This document shows positions 17,076-24,677 of a stretch of 64,000 nucleotides of DNA, piece after piece; positions within the stretch are counted from its first letter, which is position 1; every line of letters begins with the position of its first letter. The translations under genes were made by a program, and so were the position numbers. The stretch comes from Bacteroidales bacterium (GTDB lineage: Bacteria > Bacteroidota > Bacteroidia > Bacteroidales > F082). The stretch lies in assembly GCA_045600605.1 (NCBI GenBank), contig JAZRYG010000060.1:17131-81130 (forward strand). Direction: 5' to 3'. The notes beneath the pieces were generated by a model. The model saw only the letters and a list, made by a program, of their open reading frames with translations, did no database searches and had not been told where the DNA came from.

Positions 17076-17951
17076 ATGTTTTTCCCGATAATAAAAAACA
17101 CCACACGCGGCAGCAGGATTTTCATCTTCCTGTTTTTGGTGGTCTTCGGACTCGTCTTGGGGACCGCGTTTTCGGCCTTGGCGACAATATTGTTCGGCGA
17201 CGCGATGTCGGAACTCGGGAAACTCCGCTTCGCACAGATATGCAGCCAGGTCATCGGATTCCTGATGCCGCCTCTCTTCTACGCCGCTTTGGTGAAAGAA
17301 AAACCGCTTGAATATTTAGGGTTCAGGAAGATGCCTGTGTGCGCGCTGCTCGGCGTCGTGGCGATGTTTGCCGTGCTGCCGTTCAACAGCCTGCTGACAG
17401 AGTGGAACGAGGGTTTCACCTTGCCGGAATCGATGGCGGCGGTGGAGGAGATGCTGCGCACAACAGAGGAGCTCGCGGAGAAAGTAATGACGCAGCTTGT
17501 CAGCGTTGACACCTTCGGCGGTTTGATAATCAACATTCTGATGATTGGCGCACTCGCCGCGGTGAGCGAGGAACTGCTGTTCCGTTCAGTCATACAGCCG
17601 TTTCTCGTCAGGGTGTGTAAAAACGCGTTCGTCGGAATAGCGATAACATCGGTTTTGTTCTCGGCGATGCATTTCGAGTTCTACGGCTTCATCCCGAGGA
17701 TAGTGCTCGGATTCATGCTCGGTTACATGTATCATCTCACCGGTTCGATATGGACCTCGATGCTCATGCATTTCGTGAATAATGCAACGATAGTGGTGCT
17801 TTATTACCTGAGTTTCAACGGCATCGTGGAGATGGATGTCGAAAAGTTCGGCTCGTCTGAAAATGTCGTCGTGATAATCGGAAGCCTGGTGATGACGGTT
17901 GTAATTTTTGTCGCGTGCCAACGTTTGATGAAGTGTCAGACTAAAAAATAA
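17076..17951 (+). CDS. CPBP (CAAX) family intramembrane glutamic protease
   Basis: Motifs SEELLFRSVIQ, FSAMHFEF and HFVNN sit in a polytopic membrane protein. Confidence 0.85.
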   Translation: MFFPIIKNTTRGSRIFIFLFLVVFGLVLGTAFSALATILFGDAMSELGKLRFAQICSQVIGFLMPPLFYAALVKEKPLEYLGFRKMPVCALLGVVAMFAVLPFNSLLTEWNEGFTLPESMAAVEEMLRTTEELAEKVMTQLVSVDTFGGLIINILMIGALAAVSEELLFRSVIQPFLVRVCKNAFVGIAITSVLFSAMHFEFYGFIPRIVLGFMLGYMYHLTGSIWTSMLMHFVNNATIVVLYYLSFNGIVEMDVEKFGSSENVVVIIGSLVMTVVIFVACQRLMKCQTKK

Positions 17952-17957
17952 GATGCC

Positions 17958-18347
17958 ATGACATTCGATAAGTTGTTGATATACAAATTTTTGAAATTCG
18001 CAGTTGTAGGCTTCTCGGGTCTTTTCGTCGATTTCGGGATAACGTATGTCTGCAAGGAGAAGATAAAAATCAACAAATATGTCAGCAACGCCATCGGTTT
18101 CATCTGCGCGGCGACTTCCAACTACACTCTCAACCGGCTTTGGACGTTTCAGAGCACCAACGAGAATGTCGCCACGGAGTATGGCTCGTTCATGGTTGTC
18201 TCGGCTATCGGTCTGGGAATCAACTCGTTGGTGTTGTGGGTTCTCACCGACAAGTTCAAATGGAATTTTTATCTGAGCAAGGTCTTCGCCATCGGCTGCG
18301 CCACGTTGTGGAACTTCTTCGCGAACCTGCTGTTCACTTTCAGTTAG
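17958..18347 (+). CDS. GtrA-like family membrane protein
   Basis: 129 aa with 4 TM helices. KFAVVGFSGLFVDFGITYV...N..LNRLWTF is typical of GtrA. Confidence 0.8.
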   Translation: MTFDKLLIYKFLKFAVVGFSGLFVDFGITYVCKEKIKINKYVSNAIGFICAATSNYTLNRLWTFQSTNENVATEYGSFMVVSAIGLGINSLVLWVLTDKFKWNFYLSKVFAIGCATLWNFFANLLFTFS

Positions 18348-18386
18348 TTGTTATTGAGATAGGGATGTTAGCAAAGCTGGCGTATA

Positions 18387-18427
18387 ACGACCGCCACGCT
18401 ATTCGTGTCATTCGTGAAATTCGTGGT
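18387..18427 (+). repeat. ATTCGTG-repeat element copy 1 (AACGACCGCCACGCT ATTCGTG TC ATTCGTG AA ATTCGTG G)
   Basis: Located between the convergent GtrA-like and malQ genes. Three ATTCGTG words at 10-nt (helical) spacing. Confidence 0.65.
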
Positions 18428-18442
18428 GGGAAATCTTTGTGA

Positions 18443-19816
18443 TTATAATCTTTGTCTCTTGGCCAGCTCCTTGATTGTCACATTCAGCCTCTCGTTTCCG
18501 AGCAGTTGCTCCAAGCTCTGGTGCATCCTGTATTTCCACTTGTGGTTCGGGTCGGCGGGATTGTTGATTTGCTCCTCCCATGTGCAGTCCCAGCGGAAGT
18601 CACCGTCCATCGCGATGTAATCCTGGATTGGGAGTATCACCCACTTCGACGCGGACTTCAGATGTTGTTCGATGATTTCCTTGCAGATGAACGGTTCGCA
18701 GAAATACGGCGGGTTGTCGGTGTGATGCAGCATCTCGCGATAGAAACGTGCCGACAGCTCACGGTTTTCCTCCCACCATCCGCGGATAGTAGGCATGTCG
18801 TGTGTGCCTGTTGTATCAACGCTGAGATAAGGATTCTCGCGCGGGTCGCTGAACGGACGTCCGCTGTTCTTGGGCATCCGTTGCACCTCGAGGCTCAGGA
18901 TTCCGAGTTCGCGCATCACGCCCGGGACGCAGGGTGCCACCATGCCGAGGTCTTCACCGCAAATCAGCAAATTGGAATTTCCGAATATCTCCGACAGTCT
19001 GTTTCTGCCTTCGGTCTCCCAGCGTATCGGGTCGGTGGGGGAGTAGTGCCCGAAGGAGGCGTTGGGGCTGCCTTTCGGAATCTCCCAGATGCGGAAGAAC
19101 CCGAGGATGTGGTCGATCCTCAACGCGTCGAAATATCGCTCGAACCACTTCACGCGCCCGCGCCACCACGCGAAGCCGTCTTTCGCCATCTCGTCCCAGT
19201 TGTACGTCGGGAAACCCCAGTTCTGACCTTCGGCGGCGAAGGCGTCGGGCGGCGCGCCGGTCTCCATGTCGAGGTTGAAGAGCCGCGGGTTTTGCTTCAC
19301 GTCGTCGCTCTCGCGGTTCACGCCTATCGGCAGGTCGCCCTTCAACATGATACCTTTATTGTGCAGATAATCAACGGCTTCGGTGAGCTGCTTGTCGCAA
19401 TGATATTGCAGAAAATCGTAAAAATCTTTGAAAATATCTTGATTTTCAAAGATCTTTCTCAGATACTCCATTTTCGCCTTGAAAACTTCCGGATAATCGA
19501 CGAACTCCTTGGCGTTGAGTTCTTTTTTCTTCTCGTTGAAACGAAGACGCTCATTCTCGTCTTTTAGTATCCCGACTTTTTCAAGATTAAGGTAGATGGG
19601 ATGCAACGCCTTGGTTGACATCGACTTATAAGGATATGAATCGCTCCAGCCGCCGTCGGTTGTCGTGTCGTTGACGGGCAGTATCTGAATGAGTTTCAAG
19701 CCGGTCACGACGCACCAGTCGGCGAGTTTCTTGAGGTCGTTGAACTCACCGATGCCGAAGCTGTCATCGCTTCTCAATGAAAATACCGGAACCGCTACTC
19801 CTGCGAAGTAATTCAT
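18443..19816 (-). CDS. malQ: 4-alpha-glucanotransferase (GH77 amylomaltase)
   Basis: GIGEFNDLKKLADW..., ILPVNDT, YPYKSMSTKALHPIYL, LRIDHILGFFRIWEIP, CGEDLGMV and GTHDMPT(I)RGWW are GH77 motifs. Confidence 0.85.
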   Translation of the reverse strand: MNYFAGVAVPVFSLRSDDSFGIGEFNDLKKLADWCVVTGLKLIQILPVNDTTTDGGWSDSYPYKSMSTKALHPIYLNLEKVGILKDENERLRFNEKKKELNAKEFVDYPEVFKAKMEYLRKIFENQDIFKDFYDFLQYHCDKQLTEAVDYLHNKGIMLKGDLPIGVNRESDDVKQNPRLFNLDMETGAPPDAFAAEGQNWGFPTYNWDEMAKDGFAWWRGRVKWFERYFDALRIDHILGFFRIWEIPKGSPNASFGHYSPTDPIRWETEGRNRLSEIFGNSNLLICGEDLGMVAPCVPGVMRELGILSLEVQRMPKNSGRPFSDPRENPYLSVDTTGTHDMPTIRGWWEENRELSARFYREMLHHTDNPPYFCEPFICKEIIEQHLKSASKWVILPIQDYIAMDGDFRWDCTWEEQINNPADPNHKWKYRMHQSLEQLLGNERLNVTIKELAKRQRL

Positions 19817-19950
19817 GAAAGTTTATAAAGTTTGTAAAGTTTGAAAGTTTGTAAAGTAGCTGACCATCACCTGACGGCCAACGAAGTCGATACACAAGCA
19901 AACTCCTTCATGCGCCAGCCACTTTCTACTTTCTACTTTCCACTTTCTAC
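19817..19950 (-). terminator. Long imperfect hairpin from complementary low-complexity repeats between adk and malQ
   Basis: AAAGTTTRT-type words (19817-19860) face ACTTTCYAC words (19921-19950). The core pairs 19853-19862 with 19916-19925 (9 of 10). Confidence 0.4.
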
Positions 19951-20525
19951 TTTTTACTAATCTCGTCAATCTCGGCGCAGAGTGTCGCGAAGATGTCCTG
20001 AATCTGGCCTACTCCGTTGATTCCCTTGAGGTTGCCTTGTTTTTCGTAATAGGCGAGGACGGGTTTTGTCTTCTCGTCGTATTCAACGAAGCGGTGTCTG
20101 ATTGAGTCGATGTTGTCGTCGGCGCGTCCGCTTGTCTTTCCGCGTTCGATCATGCGGTTGATGAGGATTTCCTCCGGCACTTCGAGGCTCAGCACTTTGT
20201 TGATTTTCAGTGAGAACTCTTTCATGATGCCGTCGAGCATCTCGGCCTGACGCACCGTGCGCGGGAAGCCGTCGAAGAGGAAGCCCGCCGACTTCTGGTT
20301 GGCTTCGACTCTGCCTCTGATGATGGAGACCACGATTTCGTCGCTGACAAGGCCGCCTTTGCTGATGATGTCTTTCACCTTCTTGCCGATTTCCGTCTCG
20401 GCTGCCATCTCCTCGCGGAGGATGTCGCCCGTCGAGAGGTATGTGAGGTTGTATTTTTCCTTAAGTTGCTGTGACTGTGTGCCTTTGCCCGCACCTGGAG
20501 GGCCGAAAAGAATGATGTTTAACAT
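19947..20525 (-). CDS. adk: Adenylate kinase
   Basis: P-loop GPPGAGKGTQ, followed by LSTGDILR and GFLFDGFPRT motifs. 192 aa. Confidence 0.95.
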   Translation of the reverse strand: MLNIILFGPPGAGKGTQSQQLKEKYNLTYLSTGDILREEMAAETEIGKKVKDIISKGGLVSDEIVVSIIRGRVEANQKSAGFLFDGFPRTVRQAEMLDGIMKEFSLKINKVLSLEVPEEILINRMIERGKTSGRADDNIDSIRHRFVEYDEKTKPVLAYYEKQGNLKGINGVGQIQDIFATLCAEIDEISKK

Positions 20526-20542
20526 GATATTGTGTTTTTGTA

Positions 20543-21088
20543 TTATTCGACAATCTTGTAAATCTCTTTCAGATTACGACCATATTCGTTGTAATCGAGT
20601 CCGTATCCGACAATGAAATCATCGCCGATGTTCAACCCGATGTAATCAACTTTGTAATTGAATTTGAATGCGTTAGGTTTGAAAAGCATCGCGGCGATGC
20701 GGATGCTTGCTGCTCCTGCCTTTTCGAGGTCTTTGCGGAACTCGTTGATGGTGAAGCCTGAGTCGATGACGTCTTCAATGATGATGATGTCGCGGCCTTT
20801 TATGTCTTCGGCGTTGGCACCGATCATCACGTTGGCGTGGTTGGTGCACTGCGTCCCGGAATAAGTCTTGTATTTCACAAACGAGATTTCGCAAGGGATG
20901 TCGATGTGCTTGAACAATTCGCCGGCGAACATGAACGCGCCGTTGAGCATCACCACGAACAACGGCTTCCCGCCTTGCATGTCTTTCATGATTTCACCCG
21001 CAACCCTGCGGATCTCACCTTCGATTTTCTCTTGCGGAATAAAAGGTGCAAATTCTTTGTCCGATACTTTTATAGTATTCATAATCAT
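20543..21088 (-). CDS. hpt: Hypoxanthine phosphoribosyltransferase
   Basis: PRPP-binding loop DIIIIEDVIDSGFT and a C-terminal VGYGLDY motif. Confidence 0.9.
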   Translation of the reverse strand: MIMNTIKVSDKEFAPFIPQEKIEGEIRRVAGEIMKDMQGGKPLFVVMLNGAFMFAGELFKHIDIPCEISFVKYKTYSGTQCTNHANVMIGANAEDIKGRDIIIIEDVIDSGFTINEFRKDLEKAGAASIRIAAMLFKPNAFKFNYKVDYIGLNIGDDFIVGYGLDYNEYGRNLKEIYKIVE

Positions 21089-21125
21089 TTAGTTATACTA
21101 AACAAATAGGTTTTTAACGAAAATG

Positions 21126-21133
21126 CAAAAATA
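21126..21133 (-). promoter_or_regulatory. -7 promoter box TATTTTTG for hpt-adk
   Basis: CAAAAATA on the + strand, 37 nt upstream of the ATG at 21088. Confidence 0.5.
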
Positions 21134-21197
21134 GTCTTTTTTTCAGAAAACAGAAAAAATAACTTGATATTTATCATTCCGATGTGTTCATTTTATG

Positions 21198-21205
21198 TAT
21201 TTTTG
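21198..21205 (+). promoter_or_regulatory. -7 promoter box TATTTTTG for purE
   Basis: Exact TAnnTTTG, 18 nt upstream of the ATG at 21224. Confidence 0.5.
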
Positions 21206-21223
21206 CAAAAATTTACGAAAAAA

Positions 21224-21727
21224 ATGAATCCTATTGTAAGTGTGATAATGGGAAGCACGTCTGACCTTCCGGTGTTGGAGAAAGGTCTTGCTTTCCTCGA
21301 CGAGATGGAAATCCCGTTTGAAATGAATGCGTTAAGTGCGCATCGCACCCCTGAACTTGTTGAAGAATTTGCCCGCAACGCGCAGGCCCGCGGCATAAAA
21401 GTCATCATCGCGGCGGCGGGTATGGCGGCGCATCTTCCTGGCGTCATCGCGGCGATGACACCGTTGCCGGTCATCGGCATCCCCGTGAAATCCGGCATGG
21501 AGATGGACGCGCTGTTCTCGATAGTGCAGATGCCTCCGGGAATCCCCGTCGCGACAGTCGGCATCAACGCCTCGCTGAACGCGGCGATACTCGCGGCACA
21601 GATTCTCGCCGTGGGCAACCCCGAGATGATGAAGAAAGTCGTTGATTATAAGGAAGGTCTGAAAGGCAAGATCGCCAAGGCCAACGCCGAACTCAAAGAC
21701 ATTCATTATAAATTCAAGACAAATTGA
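21224..21727 (+). CDS. purE: 5-(carboxyamino)imidazole ribonucleotide mutase
   Basis: VSVIMGSTSD...SAHRTP...IIAAAGMAAHLPGV...PVIGIPV. The ATG at 21224 follows the TATTTTTG box at 21198. Confidence 0.9.
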   Translation: MNPIVSVIMGSTSDLPVLEKGLAFLDEMEIPFEMNALSAHRTPELVEEFARNAQARGIKVIIAAAGMAAHLPGVIAAMTPLPVIGIPVKSGMEMDALFSIVQMPPGIPVATVGINASLNAAILAAQILAVGNPEMMKKVVDYKEGLKGKIAKANAELKDIHYKFKTN

Positions 21728-21746
21728 TATTCAGTGTTGAGAGTTA

Positions 21747-21788
21747 AGAGTTGAGAGTGAAGTTTGCAGTGACTTTGCTCTCGACTCT
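21747..21788 (+). terminator. 17-bp hairpin between purE and the rhomboid gene (terminator/processing candidate)
   Basis: 21747-21763 pairs with 21772-21788 (14 Watson-Crick pairs and 3 G:U), with an 8-nt loop. Built from GAGAGTT-type heptads and their complement. There is no U-tract, and the rhomboid ATG lies 4 nt downstream. Confidence 0.45.
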
Positions 21789-21792
21789 GAAG

Positions 21793-22533
21793 ATGTCACA
21801 CTTTTATGACATGAACGATATCAAAGAGGAAAGGAATCGTCTCCTGAACAGTTTCATCATCCCCGTGGCGTTTGTCGTCGTGATGTGGGCGGTGAAGGCT
21901 GTCGGGGAGATGTTTGGATTGGATTTCTCTTTCCTTGGCATACAGCCGCTTAAGGCAGAAGGGATTCCGGGGATTTTTCTTTTTCATTTCATTCATGGAA
22001 GCTGGGAGCATCTTCTTGCCAATACGTTGCCAATCATAGTGTTAGGTGCGATGTTGTATTATTTTTACAGAACCATCGCAACAAAAGTGTGGTTGGTCTT
22101 GATGTTCTCGACCGGACTTTTCACGTGGTGTATCGCTGGCGGCGGCTGTCATGTCGGTGCGTCGGCGCTCATCTACGGCATGGCTTTCTTCCTGATGGTC
22201 AGCGGGTTCATCAGACGAAACAAGAGCCTCGTCGTGGTCTCGTTTCTCGTGACACTGCTTTACGGCAGTCTCGTCTGGGGGCTTTTCCCGAAATACGCCG
22301 TCGAAAACAACATCTCGTGGGAGGGGCATTTCGCCGGATTCCTGTTCGGGATTATCATGGCGTTTTTTTACCGGAAGGAAGGCCCGTCGAATGATAATGA
22401 AGGCGGTAGCGACGAAGACGACTCCGACGACGATGAGGCTGCCGATGGCGAGAAACCGTACTGGGATGTGCCCGAGCCGCCGAAGGAGGAGCTTACGGTG
22501 CCGCGGTATCCGAGAGGGTGGAGGAGAGGATGA
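21793..22533 (+). CDS. Rhomboid family intramembrane serine protease with acidic C-terminal tail
   Basis: HGSWEHLLANT, the catalytic GASALIYG and a downstream H (EGHFAGFLFG). The ATG at 21793 lies immediately after a 17-bp hairpin. Confidence 0.8.
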   Translation: MSHFYDMNDIKEERNRLLNSFIIPVAFVVVMWAVKAVGEMFGLDFSFLGIQPLKAEGIPGIFLFHFIHGSWEHLLANTLPIIVLGAMLYYFYRTIATKVWLVLMFSTGLFTWCIAGGGCHVGASALIYGMAFFLMVSGFIRRNKSLVVVSFLVTLLYGSLVWGLFPKYAVENNISWEGHFAGFLFGIIMAFFYRKEGPSNDNEGGSDEDDSDDDEAADGEKPYWDVPEPPKEELTVPRYPRGWRRG

Positions 22534-22572
22534 CGGATGGCCGCTGGAATGGAGAAGATAGTCAGCGATTAA

Positions 22573-23697
22573 TCAGATGTTTTGTTCCAACCACATCCTC
22601 AAAACAGGATCACTGATATAGATTTCACCCGTTGAGTCATCAATAAGCTCTTTGTCAATCAATGACTTTTTGATACGGTTTATGTTGCTGTACGATCCAA
22701 GATGATATTGTTCTCTGACTTCCGCACTGCCAAAATTTGTGTGTATTCCGTTCAGAACAGCTCTGATAAAATTCAGCTGGAACGTTGTCAGACTTTCAGT
22801 CTGATGCATGAAAAGCGGAGAGTTTTCATCTATCAAATCTTGTAAGGATCGTTTAAGCGAACTTTCGTCAACAGCGTTCTTTGTGTTCGTAAAAAGAATC
22901 CACGAATATTGTTGGACGTATGACGGATTATATTCGGTGCTTTCGCAAATTTGCGTAATGTATTCATTTATAATTTGTTTGTTACCCATTTCAAATCCTT
23001 TTCGTATATACGGAATCCATTTTTCAATAGGTATCAATTTCAACGGGATTATCTCGCCGAATTTATAAAACGGATACGTTTTGTTCAGGAAAATTGTCTC
23101 CATCATGTGTTTCTTGCTGCCGTAAAGGCAATAGCTCACATTTTCCTGAAGTTGCCATACGCCACGCATTCGTTTCTGCACCGCCAATGAATTCGGAAAT
23201 TCACCAACCTGCTGAAACTCGTCAATGCATACGACTATGTCACAGTTTTTCTTTTGTGCTATAATTTGCGGCAGCTGCAGGACTTCTTCGGGTTTGTGCG
23301 ATTTCGACGTAATACCCAAAGAAACCGAATATTCATTGAGTCCGCCATCAATTGAATAATTGATTTTTGGTGACAGTCGTGCAATGAAATCTGAAGCCAG
23401 TTCTTTCCATTTCTCAAAACGGCTCTCTGTCTGAATCAGAATCTGCTCGGCGAATTTGTTGTAAAAATCATATTCATCACGGCAAGAAAAAATGTCCATG
23501 TAAACAACAAGCAACTTGCCGGATTTCACCTCGTCACCGACACGGTGAACTATCGATGTTTTCCCCCAACGTCGCGGCGACATGAGTATGGTGTTCACCC
23601 CGTATGAAAAATTCTGCCGAAGACGTTCACTCTCTTCTTCTCTTCCTATAAAATTACTGTCAGAAACAGCCTTGCCAAATACAAATGGTTTCTTCAT
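22573..23697 (-). CDS. Stand-alone AAA/Arch_ATPase-like ATP-binding protein
   Basis: FIGREEESERL...ILMSPRRWGKTSI (Walker A) and VVCIDEFQ (Walker B). Visibly more AT-rich than the flanking genes. Confidence 0.75.
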   Translation of the reverse strand: MKKPFVFGKAVSDSNFIGREEESERLRQNFSYGVNTILMSPRRWGKTSIVHRVGDEVKSGKLLVVYMDIFSCRDEYDFYNKFAEQILIQTESRFEKWKELASDFIARLSPKINYSIDGGLNEYSVSLGITSKSHKPEEVLQLPQIIAQKKNCDIVVCIDEFQQVGEFPNSLAVQKRMRGVWQLQENVSYCLYGSKKHMMETIFLNKTYPFYKFGEIIPLKLIPIEKWIPYIRKGFEMGNKQIINEYITQICESTEYNPSYVQQYSWILFTNTKNAVDESSLKRSLQDLIDENSPLFMHQTESLTTFQLNFIRAVLNGIHTNFGSAEVREQYHLGSYSNINRIKKSLIDKELIDDSTGEIYISDPVLRMWLEQNI

Positions 23698-23735
23698 AAC
23701 TAACTGTTTTACAATTTATTAAACATCATACAAAT

Positions 23736-23774
23736 ATGTGTCACACATGTTTGTGTCACACATGTTTGTGTTAC
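23736..23774 (-). promoter_or_regulatory. Tandem 15-bp repeat GTGTCACACATGTTT (2.5 copies), each carrying the palindrome TGTGT-C-ACACA, in the leader of the AAA ATPase gene
   Basis: Copies at 23738-23752 and 23753-23767, then a partial GTGTTAC. The 13-bp palindrome ATGTGTCACACAT is at 23736-23748 and the 11-bp TGTGTCACACA at 23752-23762. Confidence 0.6.
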
Positions 23775-23780
23775 GGGCTG

Positions 23781-23788
23781 CAAAGATA
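23781..23788 (-). promoter_or_regulatory. -7 promoter box TATCTTTG for the AAA ATPase gene
   Basis: CAAAGATA on the + strand. The tandem palindromes lie between it and the ATG at 23697. Confidence 0.5.
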
Positions 23789-23859
23789 TAAATAATTTTA
23801 TAAAGTGAAGTGTTTTTGTTAAATTATTTGACCTTAGGTCAATATTTTCAATCTCATTA

Positions 23860-24618
23860 TCACTCAAATCCCACATATTCCTCCAACCTCGGCTCGATGC
23901 TGTCGCCGACGATTTCCGTGAGCTGCCCCCACGATGTAATCAAACCCTTCTGTTCACGATAGTTCACAATCTTTTTCACGTGTTCGTATTCCAAATACGG
24001 ATGCCTGTTCAGCACCTTGAACGAATCGTAATTGATTCTCAATCTGTTAGGCTTGAAATTACTATCAATTGCGACATACGCAGCGATGCCGCCGAAACGC
24101 GTAGTGTCCATGCCATAGACCTCAAGAAGCTGCTCTGTTTCAACGAAACCGCCGAGCTTGTCGCGGTACTCTACAATCCTTTTCGCAAAAGATGAACCGA
24201 TGCCGGGCAGCTCTTTCAGCAACGTGGTGTCGGCGGCGTTTATGTCAATAATCGGTATCGTCTTTGTTGTAAATGATTGATAATGTGTTGTGTCTTTCCG
24301 TTTAGGCTCTTTCATGAAGCTGTTTTCCCATTCTTTCTTATTTGTTTTTTTTCTATTTGAAGATTCGAAATTTTGTTTTTTGTATGAGGCTCTTCGTTCC
24401 GCTTTTTTTATAGAGTCGAGAGTCAGCAACGAGTCGATTTGGCTTTGCTGTGTTCCGATTATAGAATCGAGATTATGGAAATATGCTGTTCTCTTCGGCG
24501 GAATTTTTATCAATAAATACTTGGTTGTCAATAAGATGACAACGATGGTGAGTATCGTGATGATGGCGATGCGCTCACTTTTGGTGAAAGTCAGAAAACG
24601 CTCAAAGTCGTCTTTCAT
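23860..24618 (-). CDS. ComEA-like helix-hairpin-helix DNA-binding protein (membrane anchored)
   Basis: N-terminal TM anchor. Two HhH units (INAADTTLLKELPGIGSSFAKRIVEYR; ...LNRHPYLEYEHVKKIVNYR). Confidence 0.75.
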   Translation of the reverse strand: MKDDFERFLTFTKSERIAIITILTIVVILLTTKYLLIKIPPKRTAYFHNLDSIIGTQQSQIDSLLTLDSIKKAERRASYKKQNFESSNRKKTNKKEWENSFMKEPKRKDTTHYQSFTTKTIPIIDINAADTTLLKELPGIGSSFAKRIVEYRDKLGGFVETEQLLEVYGMDTTRFGGIAAYVAIDSNFKPNRLRINYDSFKVLNRHPYLEYEHVKKIVNYREQKGLITSWGQLTEIVGDSIEPRLEEYVGFE

Positions 24619-24677
24619 AAAATGGTTTCATAATGGTTTTGAAAGTCGGAGGTCATGGTCGTGACTTCCGACTTCGG

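Noticed and set aside
18443-19816. The malQ-type gene seemed short (457 aa) compared with the roughly 890-aa Bacteroides MalQ, raising the possibility of truncation or a pseudogene.
   Set aside because: All GH77 catalytic motifs are present in order from a plausible N-terminus, and there is no frameshift or upstream in-frame remnant. The size is compatible with compact amylomaltases.
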